A DNA stretch of 64,000 nucleotides from Mizuhopecten yessoensis (taxonomy: Eukaryota), in the NCBI RefSeq assembly GCF_002113885.1, contig NW_018408813.1, positions 444,395 through 508,394 on the forward strand, given 5' to 3'. Shown in pieces: positions 1 to 13,614 of this stretch. Within the stretch, counting starts at the first letter, position 1; every line of letters starts with the position of its first letter. The notes under the pieces are model-generated. The model did no database searches. It was not told the origin of the DNA and worked only from the letters and a program-made list of their open reading frames with translations. The position numbers and the translations under genes are program-made.

Positions 1-348
1 GCATACAAGTACGAGAGTAATCTACACAACAATATACTGACACATCAGGTACAAACAAAATACTACATACAAGGACGACACTAATCTACACAACAATATA
101 CTGAGACATGAGTTACAAACAAAACACTACATACAAGGACGAGAGTAATCTACACAACAATATACTGAGACATCAGTTACAAACAAAACACTACATACAA
201 GAACGACAGTAATCTACAGAACAATATACTGAGACATCAGGTACAAACAAAACACTACATACAAGGACGACAGCAATCTACACAACACTATACTGACACA
301 TCAGGTACAAACAAAACACTACATACAAGGTCGACAGTAATCTACACA
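1..348. repeat. 64-bp minisatellite, ~5.5 copies, continues off the left edge
   Basis: ACATACAAG recurs at 65, 129, 193, 257 and 321 (64-bp period). Confidence 0.95.
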
Positions 349-926
349 GTACTTTCTGTAACACAAAGCACAAATTAATGCTATATATGGAGACGACAGC
401 AACTATGATTTACTGAAAACATAAACGGCAAACATGTTGCCGACCTTTATGGTGACATGGGCCCCATCACCTACCTATATATAATGTATGGATAGATTAA
501 ATTGCGTTAAAAGCTATCAAGTGTTGTTTTTAGTATAACATGCAATGACTCTATTTAGAATGACTCTTTGATGTACGCTATAAATAAAATATGACAAATT
601 GTGTATGAACTATTATTTGGAAAGCATGTTAGGTGCTGTTAGCAGCTGCCGTATTTGGTACATGTGTTTCAGGTACACACATGTTGTTGACGCTTTTATC
701 CCACGTTTCATATATCAATTCCCGCTTTTGAAAAAGAAAAAGGCTAAGTTTGTTTCCATTAGGTAGAAAACTACATATCAACTAAGGTGTCGCTCTATGT
801 CAATCACTGAATGACGTAGATTGGAAATATCACTACGTAGTTTTGCGGTGGTATTTTTGTATTGTGGACAAAATTGCAAACTTTGTATTAGGTGAAATTT
901 GGTAATGATTTTAAAAGAAGTAAATA

Positions 927-1068
927 ATATATAGGGACTGAACGGCGTTTTTTTTTAATTTTCATGCCGGTTTAAACGAAAATCGGTTATAGCGGGCTTC
1001 ATGCCATATGGGTGTAGCCGATTTGCGTTCAACCGGCATGAAGAAAAAACGTCGTTCAATCTATATAT
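927..1068. mobile_element. Foldback (palindromic) non-autonomous element, diverged
   Basis: Left arm ATATATAGGGACTGAACGGCG...TTCATGCCGGTT...AATCGGTTATA pairs imperfectly with right arm TGTAGCCGATT...AACCGGCATGAA...CGTCGTTCAATCTATATAT. Confidence 0.7.
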
Positions 1069-2934
1069 TTACATTTTTACTCTAGAACAATTGTTAAGTT
1101 TTATTTATTTGTTCTTAAATAGTTTATTGATTTAATGCATTTGTATATGCGTCGTTCTTTAAACGACATTGGCGGACCAGCCCGATTTAAATAAAATTGG
1201 CGCCAATAATTAATCGGAGTCATTTGAGTGTTTGACGCAGGGGCAGTATCCGTGTTATCCTAAGCGGAGCGACAAGACTCTCATTGAACACGGTTACTCC
1301 ATGACGTCATAAGTAAACCACGTGTTACGTCACGCGAGTTTTTGCTTTCATACTCAAAGGAAATGCATTTCTGCTGGTAATGTCAATATATTAACAACAG
1401 GCACATTAATGTAAATAGAATGTGTATTTAATAACACGATATTACTAAAAACAAAATAAGTCACGCTCATACGTACTTCTAAATTTACTTCTACATTGTA
1501 GCATGCTCATTTTCTAAATTTTCAATCCTTTAAAACACCATTATCTAACATTTACATATCTCCCCCTTCAGCTTAGTAAGCTCTGACTGCGTATAAATTA
1601 GCGTATAGTCAATGAAAAAAAGGCTCGGCGGATTGATATTTGTTTCAAATATGGCGCCGTTCACTCTTCAGCGTGATAACTGTTCGATGACAGCCATTGT
1701 TTGGTTTCTTCAACATCTAGAAAAAATGGAACATATTTGAGATCCATTATGTTTGATTAAGGGGATAGTACGTTGTTTTGAGTGGCTATACTGGCGATTA
1801 GAACATGACATTTGGGTTTGAACTCGAGACAGATAGGTCGAGAGTTTAAACCAAATTTCATGTTCTAATCGCCAGTATAGACACGAAAAACAACGTATTA
1901 TCCCCATTCTAACACACATTAACAAATATACTACGCTAATGTGTTTAGAAACATTGTATTTTCTTGTACAAAAGTACGCAGTAAAATACTTTGTGACCTG
2001 AACTGACGACGTGTCATTCTGCAGCGGACTGACCAATCGGAAAGAAGCTTTCAAAAGTCGGTCATTTGTCCCCGCCCAGACTGGCGTGAGCTCGATCTGT
2101 ATGTTGACGAGGCGGAATATTTGGATTGTTCGTGAACGTCCTGCTACAAAGTTTATACGACACATTTGGATTATTATTGACCAAGATCTTACATTTCCAT
2201 GTCAGTATGCATACCAATCTGTGCTTATCGACAAAATCGGGGATTATTTGTATAGATTTGTGAAGAGTTTTGTGTAAATGCATACGACTCATGTGAAATG
2301 TTTCATTTGTTTTCGGATCTTAATACATGTAGATGCCTTCACACGGATAGAACGAACGTTTCAGTAATAAATGGAGGTGAGAACAAGGAATGCGTACTTT
2401 TTAATTCATTCAACAAATACATTTCATCGGTCGTTTGATTTCGCTACGAGGCAAGCTTGACGCCATATTGTTTTGGTTTGAAACGGGGCGTGGCTTAAGT
2501 GCGATGGGAGGAGCTTTACACAGTTGATCACGATTCTATCGCAGATTAGAACATGGTCCGTATCCAATCAAAACATGCGTTGCAAACGAATCGTGTTCGT
2601 GTTATTTGCATGTGTTTAGGCCTATAGCACCCCTTCACTTGATGTGCCCCGATTGTGGCAAGACTAGGGTCCAAGTACAGATTCAAAGTGGCTATGTAAA
2701 GTTTACCTGTATACGTGATCGTGTCAATACGTGTATGTGCTATTTTACATGTGTCGATTTGGGTCGCTGAAAAAAACACCGAAAATACCATTTCTAAATT
2801 AAGAAAATATAGATGAAAAGATCAGCTGATATATGAAGCTAGAATATAGAAATATACTTAAAAATCAAGTTTAGATGTTTAAACACGAGGCCGTATTTAC
2901 TGTTAAGCCATTTCTCAATTTACACCAACCAAGG

Positions 2935-3035
2935 TTTTCATCGCACAACGTTCGTCCATCGTCCAGATTTCAATCGTTTGCACATCGTGCATACATCGTG
3001 CACATCGTGTAATGTTGTGCGTTCCCACAGCTGTA
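2935..3035. mobile_element. Right-end fragment of a TA-flanked (Tc1/mariner-type) DNA element
   Basis: Ends TTGTGCGTTCCCACAGCTG-TA, approximately the reverse complement of TA-CAGTTGTGGGACCGCACAA at 4169; shares CATCGTGCA sub-repeats with it. Confidence 0.5.
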
Positions 3036-3242
3036 CTTAATTAAAGACTCAAGCACCGAAAAGAAGAAAATATTGTTGTTCACTGCGTAATACTATTTCC
3101 TAAATTTACCAATATATCGATGTATATTCACTGGAACTATATTATCCTAGCAACCACGGCTACCATAGTTACCCTCGTAGCAACCGCTTCGAATGATTAT
3201 TTTCCTTTATATAGCATTTAAACATCATTTATGATGTAAGTA

Positions 3243-3410
3243 TAAGGATTGACCTGCATTTTGCCGGCGTATACGGTAGTATGAACGCAGTTGGCAACGA
3301 ACATATTCTTTATGGAACGCGATGGAGGGTTAACTCGCACCATAGAATATGTTAGTTACCAACTGCGTTCATACTACCGTATACGCCGTCAAAATACAGG
3401 TCAATCCTTA
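3243..3410. mobile_element. 168-bp foldback element
   Basis: TAAGGATTGACCTGCATTTTGCCGGCGTATACGGTAGTATGAACGCAGTTGG ... CCAACTGCGTTCATACTACCGTATACGCCGTCAAAATACAGGTCAATCCTTA; near-perfect long inverted arms. Confidence 0.9.
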
Positions 3411-3741
3411 AATATCCCAAACCAATTACGTCCTAATGGTATCCTTGCTTTTGGCTCAGGCGCTATCGCATCGTCCACGTCACTAGATGGCCTTTAACAA
3501 AGAAAGCAGCAATAAAGAAAGAAATAGCACGGCCAACCGCAATAGATAAATATGTCAACTGAAATTGACGGAGCTTATGTTACTATACCATGAAACAATC
3601 ACCTCACGCATACATCGTTGACCTTAATCCTTTTTTCATATAATGATTCTAAGAAAAGAGAAAGATATTTTCATAGATATTTTTACAAAGTTGCCGTACG
3701 ATATTGATTTTCTTACATGGTTTAGGTATCTTAAGAAATAT

Positions 3742-4740
3742 CACACAAAGCCTTTCGTGTCTGTAGCGAATTATGTATAGAGTCCATGACTATTTCGTGT
3801 CTGTTAATCCGAAATGTTTGTTTTTGTTGAAAAATCCTCATCAAGATGAAATTAAACACTATTTTTCTTTTCATACATTTAATTGGAATTTATTTCATTT
3901 ATATCGGCATATTCACCAAACTTGGCCTTTCTGTGAACTTGCATTGATTTTATTTGTGTGTTTGGGGTTTAACTTCCTCGCAACTGTCAGTGTTATATGA
4001 GGACGGTTGGCATTGTTGAGTTCATATCCATCGTGCACACACCGTCTGCAAATCGTCCACATAAAGTGCGCACAGCTGTGCGATTTAACAATCGTTCGAG
4101 CAGTGTGTCAATGCGTGTAAATAACGACCGCTATAAATGAATAGATATGTTCGAAGTGCTACTAATATTACAGTTGTGGGACCGCACAATGCACCAAAAA
4201 GTAGCGTGCGCACATCGTGCATACATCGTGCACACACCGTCCGCACATCGTCCAAATAAGGTGCCCACAACTGTGCGATTTAACAATCGTTCGCCACTTT
4301 GTGCGCTTCTCTCCGCACAAATGTGCGATTTGGTAGAATTGATTGATCATATTACGGAATTAATAAAATCCGGAGCCCTCGTTTGGAATAAGGAACACTA
4401 TATATAAATTGCTCATCAAATTAAATAGGATTATGTTTAATTTTACAATGCACACAAAGCCTTTCGTGTCTGTAGTGAATTATGTATAGAGTCCACGACT
4501 ATTTCGTGTCTGTTAAATCGAAATGTTTGTTTTTGTTGAAAAATCCTCATCAAGATGAAATTAAACACAATTTTTCTTTTCATACATTTAATTGGAATTT
4601 ATTTTATTTGTATCGGCATATTCACCAAACATGGCCTTTCTGTGAACTTGCATTGATTTTATTTGTTTGTTTGGGGTTTAACTTTATCGCAACTGTCAGT
4701 GTTATATGAGGACGGTTGGCATTGTTGAGTTCATATCCAT
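3742..4740. repeat. Two ~290-bp near-identical direct repeats (3742-4031 and 4451-4740) around a transposon-end fragment
   Basis: Both begin CACACAAAGCCTTTCGTGTCTG and end GAGTTCATATCCAT; explains the twin ORFs at 3773 and 4482. Confidence 0.9.
4169..4330. mobile_element. Left-end fragment of the same TA-flanked DNA element as 2935-3035
   Basis: TA-CAGTTGTGGGACCGCACAA terminus; internal block 4225-4293 is also copied at 4029-4098. Confidence 0.5.
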
Positions 4741-7024
4741 AACAATATAGACGATTTTATTTATATTACAATAAAACCTCATTCTCTACCCGCCATCTGT
4801 GGTGTAAATATCAAATTTCTGTATATTGGAAAAAGATTCACCAATACTGCTACCTTGATTGCCTATGCTGTTCTTTATAGTGCCCTGTTGATTCACGGGA
4901 AGGTTTCTAATTCAACAAGTAGATGAGGCTGAAAGTAACGAGTAGGGTTCACGACCATTGTTTGGAACAGCATCGTGCTTGGTAAACCTAAATGATGGTT
5001 TTCAATATATATTTGTAATTTGTTCCTTTCTTTTTTATTATTTTATTTGGAATTTTCAGATAGTAGATAAAAAGGTTAGTTCTCAAAGGTGACGTCATCT
5101 TAAATATTCGGCCAGTGTCATTACTGATGGGAAAGGTTGTGCTGGCAATAACAAAAGTGAGGGGGAGCACTATGGTTTGTTATCTGTTTGCCATCAAATT
5201 AATTTGAATCAATGCACAACAGCTCCTTCTTTTATTGACGAGTTTGAAATTGCATCGTGTATCTGTTCAGAGGATAAAACAGTCAGTTAAAGTACAATGA
5301 CCCTCCGGCAAAGCTGATCTGTAGACATACTCAAATCAATTTGTCCTCGATATAACGCTGGAATTGGCAAGTTGATGATATACAAGGTATTTATAAAGAC
5401 CAGCCCTTTGGATAAGAAAACACCGGTCAAACCCTTTTCCCTAAATGAGATTTGGGCGTGTTTATTTCCGGACAAATAGTTACATAATTATAGGTTGTAT
5501 CGCTAAGGCAGGGTTACTAGCCAGGCGTCGTCATCACGAGAACATTAATTAGCCTCCAATGTTGTATAGCACCCGATGCCAACGACAGCACGTCCATGGA
5601 GTTTAATTAAGAGTGGTATTTATGTGTACATTAATGCTCAATAATCTGTTGCTAAATGTCCCCCGCAGTTAGATAAACCTCCACTTCCGGTTTTAGTATG
5701 TACGTAAACCTGCGCTCGTTATGTGTATGCCAGTGTTGTTGTCGGTACGTCCAGAGGCTGAATCAGGGATATCAATCTGCTTTAAAAACAAGTAGTAATC
5801 ACTTTTAATCGTCTACTTTCTTTTCACATCACAATGAATACGAGATTATTTAGGAAACGAATGGTTTTCAATAATATAGCTAAGTATCCGTAGTGTACTT
5901 TGATATAAGTTTTGCGCGAGGTGAATTCGGTTACCCATTTCATTACATGTAGTTGTGATATTGTATAACCTATAGATACACCCTCTTTAACTGTTAGTCA
6001 AAGGTTTGTGTTATTGAATTTTATATGATAGTACTATGTTCAGAACCGCACTTTAGTGCAACATAGGGGCTTTTTGACCAACAACATATGCAAACAGACA
6101 GTTATTCTGACAACTTGCTTATTAAATAAGCCTCGGGAAAACGGTATAGAAAGGAATTAGCGAGCGCAATGAAAATTAGATGGGCCCTCGCCTAGGTAAT
6201 GCAACAGGAGAGTGGGTCCAAATCAGTGAAATCCCCATCATTCCCCACCTCCTTCCACTCTGCACCCAACCCATTACAGGGCACATTCGTTACCCTTCGG
6301 TTGTATACGATCATTCAGTGTCATCAGAACATCCCGAGTTGAATGCTCTGCCAACAATTCATGTCCCCATACCAGCTTGAATGTTTTTCCGAAGCACCCA
6401 TGGTAATCGTTCACGACACCATGTAAAAAAAACTTGCTATAAAAAGAATTTCAATGAACGCATTCTGTAACACTTCAATAGAAATGTACCAAACCGTCGC
6501 AGATCGATCACCGACGCTTGCAGAACCCATTTTTCTAATCTAGAAAAAAAAAAACGATGCCCTCAATTATAAAGCCTTAGTTATGAATGAAGCGTTGTTA
6601 CATATAATGTACAGAAACATTTTCATCAATCACATAAAAGTCAGTAAAATGGTAAGCCTGTATACATACATTAATGAACGTTTTGAAATCGGATTTTTCA
6701 GGGCCTAATTAATTCTGCCTGAGAACGTGTCTGTCTGATGGTAAGTAATCAACTTAGGGAATTAGGGAATTAGGTCATTGGTGTAGAATTATGTCAGCTT
6801 ACTTTTCGTGTCCAGCGAGAACTGGTCAACATTGTGTCGATTTGTAATAACTGTTCACAACACAAGAAAACTTTGGTTATCAAAAGTCATGTGATCAGTT
6901 GCAGATACATACGTTATTTTAATGAGTTGTTCAGCAAACGTGCTATAACACATATTCTACTTTCAAGATTTTCATACGTACGGTTTTACGTCGTTGCAAC
7001 TACTAAACTCAGTGTCCAAGGTTT

Positions 7025-7223
7025 TGCTTGGTTAGGTTTGTTCGTCATTTACATCCTATTAATTGTTATGGTTATCTAAGGGCTTGCCAGCTTTTGGAGG
7101 TACCAGGATTAAAACTACCGGCCAGCAGCCAGTACCTGACGTAGGCCTCGAACCTGCGACCAAGTGGCGGTGGCCAATGATCGTAGGCAGATAGACGCTT
7201 TAACCAATCGGCCAACGCGGCTC
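7025..7223 (-). mobile_element. tRNA-derived SINE (V-SINE-like)
   Basis: Minus strand: A box TGGCCGATTGG, B box GGTTCGAGGCC, GGCCGGTAG..CCTGGTACCTCC body, AAC-rich tail. Confidence 0.65.
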
Positions 7224-10200
7224 TCACGTTGTCCAAGGATGAGGGGGCAACTTCAAAGTGTCATCGCACTGAAATATCATAAACTGGACACATTAACTGA
7301 CAAGGATATAATATGTCCCTTCTGCCACAAATTTCCAGCTGAATATATATATAGGGCAGTAAGTTCCAATTTTATCAACTTTTTGTTTGTCTTGGTCAGG
7401 AGACAGAACTCAAGATATTCCTCTCGTGAGCGAACGGCAAATACCAAGGTCAAAATGGGGTTTTGCAAAGTAAAATTATAAGAAACTTAAGTAGTCAGAA
7501 AAAGAGAGAACAGAAGGTCCCAAATATTACAACGATCTGAGTAGATTAATTAGATCTCTTTCGTGATCCAGTTAGAGGGCATACAAATTCCAAATTATGC
7601 AGTAGGCTTCCACATTAGTCGCCTCATACCACAGGCAGTTGGTTACAGTGGTATGTTCTTTTCCTCAATCCCCGACCTCGGCGTGTTAGAAACATGCTAA
7701 AACTCCTTTGTTTAAATTGCTTTTAACTTTTTGAATACCACGCAATGTTAGACCAGTTTAGAACTGACGTGAGAATGCAAAAACCCTTTTATAAATTTTA
7801 CCTGAGGGACTTTGTGCCACGTCTAATTTCTATAGTTCAAGGTTTTCTGTAACCTTGGTACATCGATTACCTTTCCAAAAGAATAAACTATTTATTAACG
7901 TGTCGAATGGCTGGTGTTAAAGGTCCATTTGATTGAAACATACGTAAGAAAGACAAATAAAGCGCGGAGGTGACTTTAAAACACCGAGTACAACCGTTTT
8001 ATTAGATTTAATGTTGGTCGGCGAGAGATATTACAGATGTACTTCTTAATCAACTATAACATCTGAAGGGCATATTCTGTATTGCAAATTGCCTTAGACA
8101 ACTACAGTTTTTAATTACATTACATTTAGATTTACTTCATCATTCAGAATCATCTTTATCAATGCATACGCGTTTAATACATTTTTTTTTTAAATCGTCA
8201 ATTTTAATTAACCAGTCCAAGCTTCTATTAATAAAGCATGTCTTTGGGGTTTCTTGGCGTTGATAGAATGTGTAGATTACAGAAAGGTACATTCGTATCC
8301 CTGTTGAGATCGACAGTAGTTCAGACATATATAATACCGAAAGGTTGCGTGTGCATATGTTGTGTGTGTGTTTCTTTGTTTTTACGGTTAGAGGGTTGGG
8401 GTTAGGGTGTCAGGTTGAAAATATACCAAAAACTATACCTCTACAAATTATAACAGCTCAGCAAAATCATACAGACACAAATCATTTTAAAATACATCAG
8501 GTCGATTTAGGAAGTTTTTCAGTCAGACGATCAACGGGCTTTATCTATAAATACAACACGTTTCATTTTTGGCAATGCAATACGGAAGAAGAGGAGTACC
8601 TCCGAGAAGGAAGTGTCTGGGGGAAATCCCCGTATTAATGTATTGATTTAGACTTATAGCCGTAGCTTATTCACTAACCGTCAATATAAGTTGATTGAAT
8701 TTATCAGCTTGTTATAAGACATTTTTTGACAGGATGTGATTTGTTGTGATGTTGTCCGTCCGTCCGTTCAGTCCGTCAGCTAAGTTGTCGGAATCATATT
8801 TTCTTGCTATGTTATAAACAGAAATAATGAAATTCAAATCATTACCTAAATCACCATTAGATTGTTTGAGACATGTTATTTTCAAAAATTTCGCCCAAAA
8901 GTCATAGATAGGGTCAAGATTCCCATCAAAATGTTGTGTGTCGAGGCCAAAACTGCTTTATGTAGTTTATATACTCTTTAAATAATTAATTAGCCTCAAT
9001 AAAATGGACCTTACTTCATTTGACACCTCTTTTACTGGCAACTTGATTCTTTGGTCTCGTTTTACTTTCGTATCTCAAGACAACGATTAATGTTTTTGAA
9101 AGTTAACGAAATCATAACACCTAAATATTAAGGGAATATTTTATATATGAAAGAACACAACCAAAATGTTTGACTTAGTGATAGGCCTTATTACATTAAA
9201 TGGGTTTGTATTATGACTGACAACGAGCCAAGATTGTTTCTTAAGATCTTTTAACTTTAACTGCGGGACTGCAAACCTTGGTCTGCAGAATCCCATAAAT
9301 TGCCAGTGTCAACATCAAAACTTTCATAATGCAATAAGCGCCATTACATATTGTGACGCTAAATACGTTGACATGCACATTTTGGGTTTTCCATTCTTCG
9401 TTTTAACCCTGCAGTACGTAAGGCTGTTTTCCTAGATCTTTTATTTGCTTGATATTTAGTCTAATAGTTCTTATTGTTTCAGTTTCAGTATCATTAATGC
9501 ACATTTCCTCCAATATATTTCAAATATGTAGATGATTTTATTACGAGGCCACAGAAGATATTGTGCATGGTTGTTTGTTGGCGTAGAACGCTTATAGAAA
9601 GGAGATGCAAAACACATCAAGATACTATATACCCTTAAATAATCGACGAAGTTTTCGTAATGACGGCAATTTGTGCAAACAACCAAAAAAAGACTCCGTG
9701 CTCGCTATTTGGAAAACGTTTTATAATTATGGAAGGTGTTTGCAATGCAATTACCGGACGTTTGTTTCTTTTATTTAAAAAACACTGTCTATTTCCTGTT
9801 ATTGATAAGATAGCGAAACCGGAAACGGTTATGCCCGACTATCTAGCCAAGCTTGTTTACTTGTCGTTGAATTGATGAGCCCGGAACTACTTTTTTTTTG
9901 TAACCTAATCTTAAGCACATATCCATCAGCCAAGTCGTGTCTAGACGAGACCGCAACACTAATGGCGGTCCGAGAATATCAACGATTATGTGATTACACT
10001 TTGCTTCGAAGCAAAGTACACGATTACTGACGATATGTCAGTGTATATTATCAATAAAACGCTTATGTGTGGCGACAATTTCTATTAATCAACCGCCATA
10101 CAATATGGGAGAAACATTGTATAACTGTATTTAGCGGGGCGTACGTACGTCTAAATTAAGGAGATCACTTCCAATTGTTATGTGTCGTTTTGAATTAGCT

Positions 10201-10817
10201 TCATCATACAGCGAAAGAATAAGATCAATTTCAGTGGCATCCTGTAAGTTCACTTTTTTCTCAACTCCATACCAAGCAAACCTCCTGTTGGGGGTTTTGG
10301 ACCGTAAATTTGTTATACGACCACAGAGACCTGGGGGAACCAACTTGTATAGCTTCAGAGGCTCGCGGCGCAATATAAATCATCGGAGGCATTCCAAAAA
10401 CACGACTATAAAGGACCCGCTGAAACGTCATTGGCGTTATAGGCAACCAGATGACATCTTTATTCGAGATTTTAGAATCGCTCGGGAACCGTCTTGGTTG
10501 AATTCTTCCAAAGAAAAGTTATTTTGACGTTTAATTGGTCCCTGTGGATAGTCCTAACTTAAAACTGTATACATGTATATACCCCGCGATACATGTATCG
10601 GCTTAAATCGGATCACCGAACGTTCCAAAGTACCCATCTGTCGCACTGCAGTTACGGAAAAGTTTGTTGACGTTATCTTTTCCATTATTTTGGAAAGTGC
10701 TTCTGACACCAAAAAATGCCGTGTTATGTAACCAACAAAGAGGATACATGAACTTGTGCGAAAGCCTTGGTAAAAGCTGCTTTCCCACTTATCAGGTGAA
10801 ACGTTGTACAGGCCTAG

Positions 10818-11150
10818 GGTTTTACCTCCTATCAACAGCTAAGGTCATTTAAGGTTGTGCCTCATGCGTTTTTTGTATTCGTGCATGTGTGTATGTGTGT
10901 GCTGGAGACTGTACATATGTACATCTCCCCTCCCCTGACCCCACCCACCACCACCCCTTTGTGATAGCGCAGATCTGACGTCGACTTTATATTGCTACCT
11001 CACTGAAATACTATGTCGAAGTTAAGGCACTACCACATCATTTACATCCGGTAACATTACAACGGGCAGCTGACAACGGATGAACCAGATTTTGCCATTA
11101 TCTTAAATTCTTGACGTTGAGCAGGGAATACATTCCAGTATTAAAAATCT
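10818..11150 (-). mobile_element. 3' part of a SINE of the same family as 33835-34392 (Meta-domain-like)
   Basis: GTGATAGCGCAGATCTGACGTCGACTTTATA and CCTATCAACAGCTAAGGTCATTTAAGG are approximate reverse complements of blocks at ~34260-34370. Confidence 0.75.
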
Positions 11151-11166
11151 ATTAAGGGGTTTTTAA

Positions 11167-11804
11167 GGTCATAGGAGTGTATTGATAAATGGAAATAGGA
11201 AGTACATCCCTAGTTTAAAAATACAATGTATGGAGACAGTATCACAATTTCCGCATATTCTAATGTTTAATATAAAACTGATGAATATTGAATGTTTATT
11301 ATTGACAGAACAGTGTGTTCTCTCAATATTAAAGTATTTCAAAGCAATCCAGGCTTTAATTCAGTTTTTTTTTATCAATGAGTCACATGTGTCCATTTTT
11401 CTATGCTTCAGGAAACGGCTACCTATTTCACTTCTTTAAAGTTTTTCAAGAACGATAACTCTTACATGCAATTACTATGTGTATATGGTTTTATTATGAA
11501 ATATCAATTTTTAATCGTTTACAGATAATTAATTTTATACAATTTCAGCATTTATTAAATTGATATACACTAATGCAATACTAATCTATGTCAGTCTCAT
11601 CTTTATTGACATTATTTTGCAAATATTTGTGTCTTTATTATTTTTTTCAAAATTCACTCCTTTTTACATAAATTTCCATTTAAAATCCTTAAAATTGTGA
11701 CAACCTATATTTTTTTGTGACAGAATTTTTTCTTTTCTTCAAAGCAATATAACTACAAAATTTGAAGAAATTCTACTGAGAAATGGTGACACAATCCTAT
11801 TACC
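11167..11804. mobile_element. TTAA-flanked non-autonomous DNA transposon (Kolobok-like GG...CC ends)
   Basis: TTAA-GGTCATAGGAGTGT ... ACAATCCTATTACC-TTAA; imperfect TIR plus TTAA TSD; no coding capacity. Confidence 0.8.
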
Positions 11805-13614
11805 TTAAATGTCAATGTTGGGACCAGAAACCAAATTGCTCCGGACTATTGTACGACTTCGACTGTACAAGTTCAAACATTACAGAGTTTTTACTCAAAA
11901 TTTATAAAAAAAAAATCATAATTTGTCGTTCCACTGATCATAATTTTAATAAATGAATACCTCACTAAGCAAGTTATTCTTTTTTTTTTAATTTTGCAGT
12001 AACCTCTGTAAAACTTCGAAAAATTAACCCCCAGTAGGACTTGGGACGGTACGATCAGACTTAAAAACAAGCCCGTTGACGTTAGTACCATCTTCGAGGA
12101 AACATATTATGTTGTTTGTCTTCACTTAGAACCATCGGACCACAAAACCTTCACAAAGCTGATATTACGTAACTTAGATACGTCACTTGGAAACATCTGC
12201 CTTCCATATATTATTTTCCAATCCATATGTTTGCATAACAAAATCACAAATCACTTGCTATCTACATATTCCTATTTTTGATTTGAACATCGTTACACGA
12301 AGATAATAGTTCACACAAGTTACATGTCACTTTGCATTTGCGTATGGTTCGAAAATATTCGTTACGCGGGCTCGAGGTAAAATGAATTTCTGCAATAATT
12401 GAAAGGCCTTCTGTCACTGAATATTGATATTGTCCTGTTTCAACAGAACTTATATCTTTGTTCTGTTTTATGGCGTTGTGTTCATCCTGAGTTTACTTTC
12501 TCTAACGTTGTTTATGTCAATATCCTTTTGTATATACATTTGTCGTCGCTGTAAATCAGATATCCGAGATTTATTACATTGTCGAAACACAATTCCATAG
12601 CGATCAATCTTCCCTCATCAGGAGGGGGAGACTCCCTCATTTTGACCAAAATGTACTAATCACCCCTGAAACACCCTCATTCAAGCCAAAACTCACAAAA
12701 ACTCAAATCTACATTCTGGTGTCAATATCTCATATTTACTGCAGGATGTGTGAAATTATCATAACAGAAGTATTTGAATCACATGAATGCTTTTTGGAGT
12801 TATTTCAATACATAAAAAGGGGAAATTTAATTGAGCAAAGCAGTTTTAGTCGCATTACACGTGCTATCCTCCTCATTTGACATGTGGAATGAGGGATGAC
12901 TCCCACATTGAAGGTTTCAGAGGTTGACATCTATACAGTTCTAGTTCCCCCACCCTCCAACCTTCAACAAAACGATCTAGCTGCAGTGTCCCTCTCCTCC
13001 TCCGTCCATTCCAAATCACAGGGTGCTGTTCAACCACACAGTGTTTAAAATTGACGGCTGGAGTTTCTTTCTCCACCTGTCCATTCTCGTACGTTTTGTT
13101 CATGTCAGTCCTCGATTTGATCGGAAACCAACTGCCGATTTCAAGCCGCAACGTTTTGAAAAACCTTTCGTTCGACAAAAGAACATCTCTCATTCTCGAA
13201 AAACTCGTATTCAGTGCAAAACCTTGCCAAATATCAGTGCCGCGATAAGTACCTCTCAAACGAATCAATCATTCCTCTTAAATAATGGGTAGGTAGAAAC
13301 TGGCGTCTTTATGACGTAAGCAGATGAACAACTTTGACATTTTTAAGAATTAAGTTCGTAAAGAGGTATTCCGTGGATATAACGCAGACCATTTTCACAC
13401 TGGAGTGATTTTCGAAACAAGCTTACGTCACAAAATGTTGTTTCATGGTACTTCTGTTTTTCTGTAAAGAGATAGTTCTGTTATACGACCCTGCTCTATT
13501 GTTACAAATATAACGCTTTTTGGTGTGTTTGTCTGTGCTGAGGGAGGAGGGGGAGGATGAAGGAGATACGTTATGATCACTCCAGTAGCGGGTGGATTTC
13601 AAGAACAGCACAGC

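Noticed and set aside
1710-2791. ORFs of 76-151 aa in a CpG-richer patch
   Set aside because: No recognisable domain or splice structure; possibly transposon interior or regulatory DNA
3742-4740. LTR retrotransposon/TRIM
   Set aside because: Repeats lack TG...CA ends, PBS/PPT and TSD
8650-8950. Helentron/HINE-like element ((GTCC)n seed)
   Set aside because: Only the short microsatellite is visible; sub-terminal inverted repeats and 3' hairpin could not be identified
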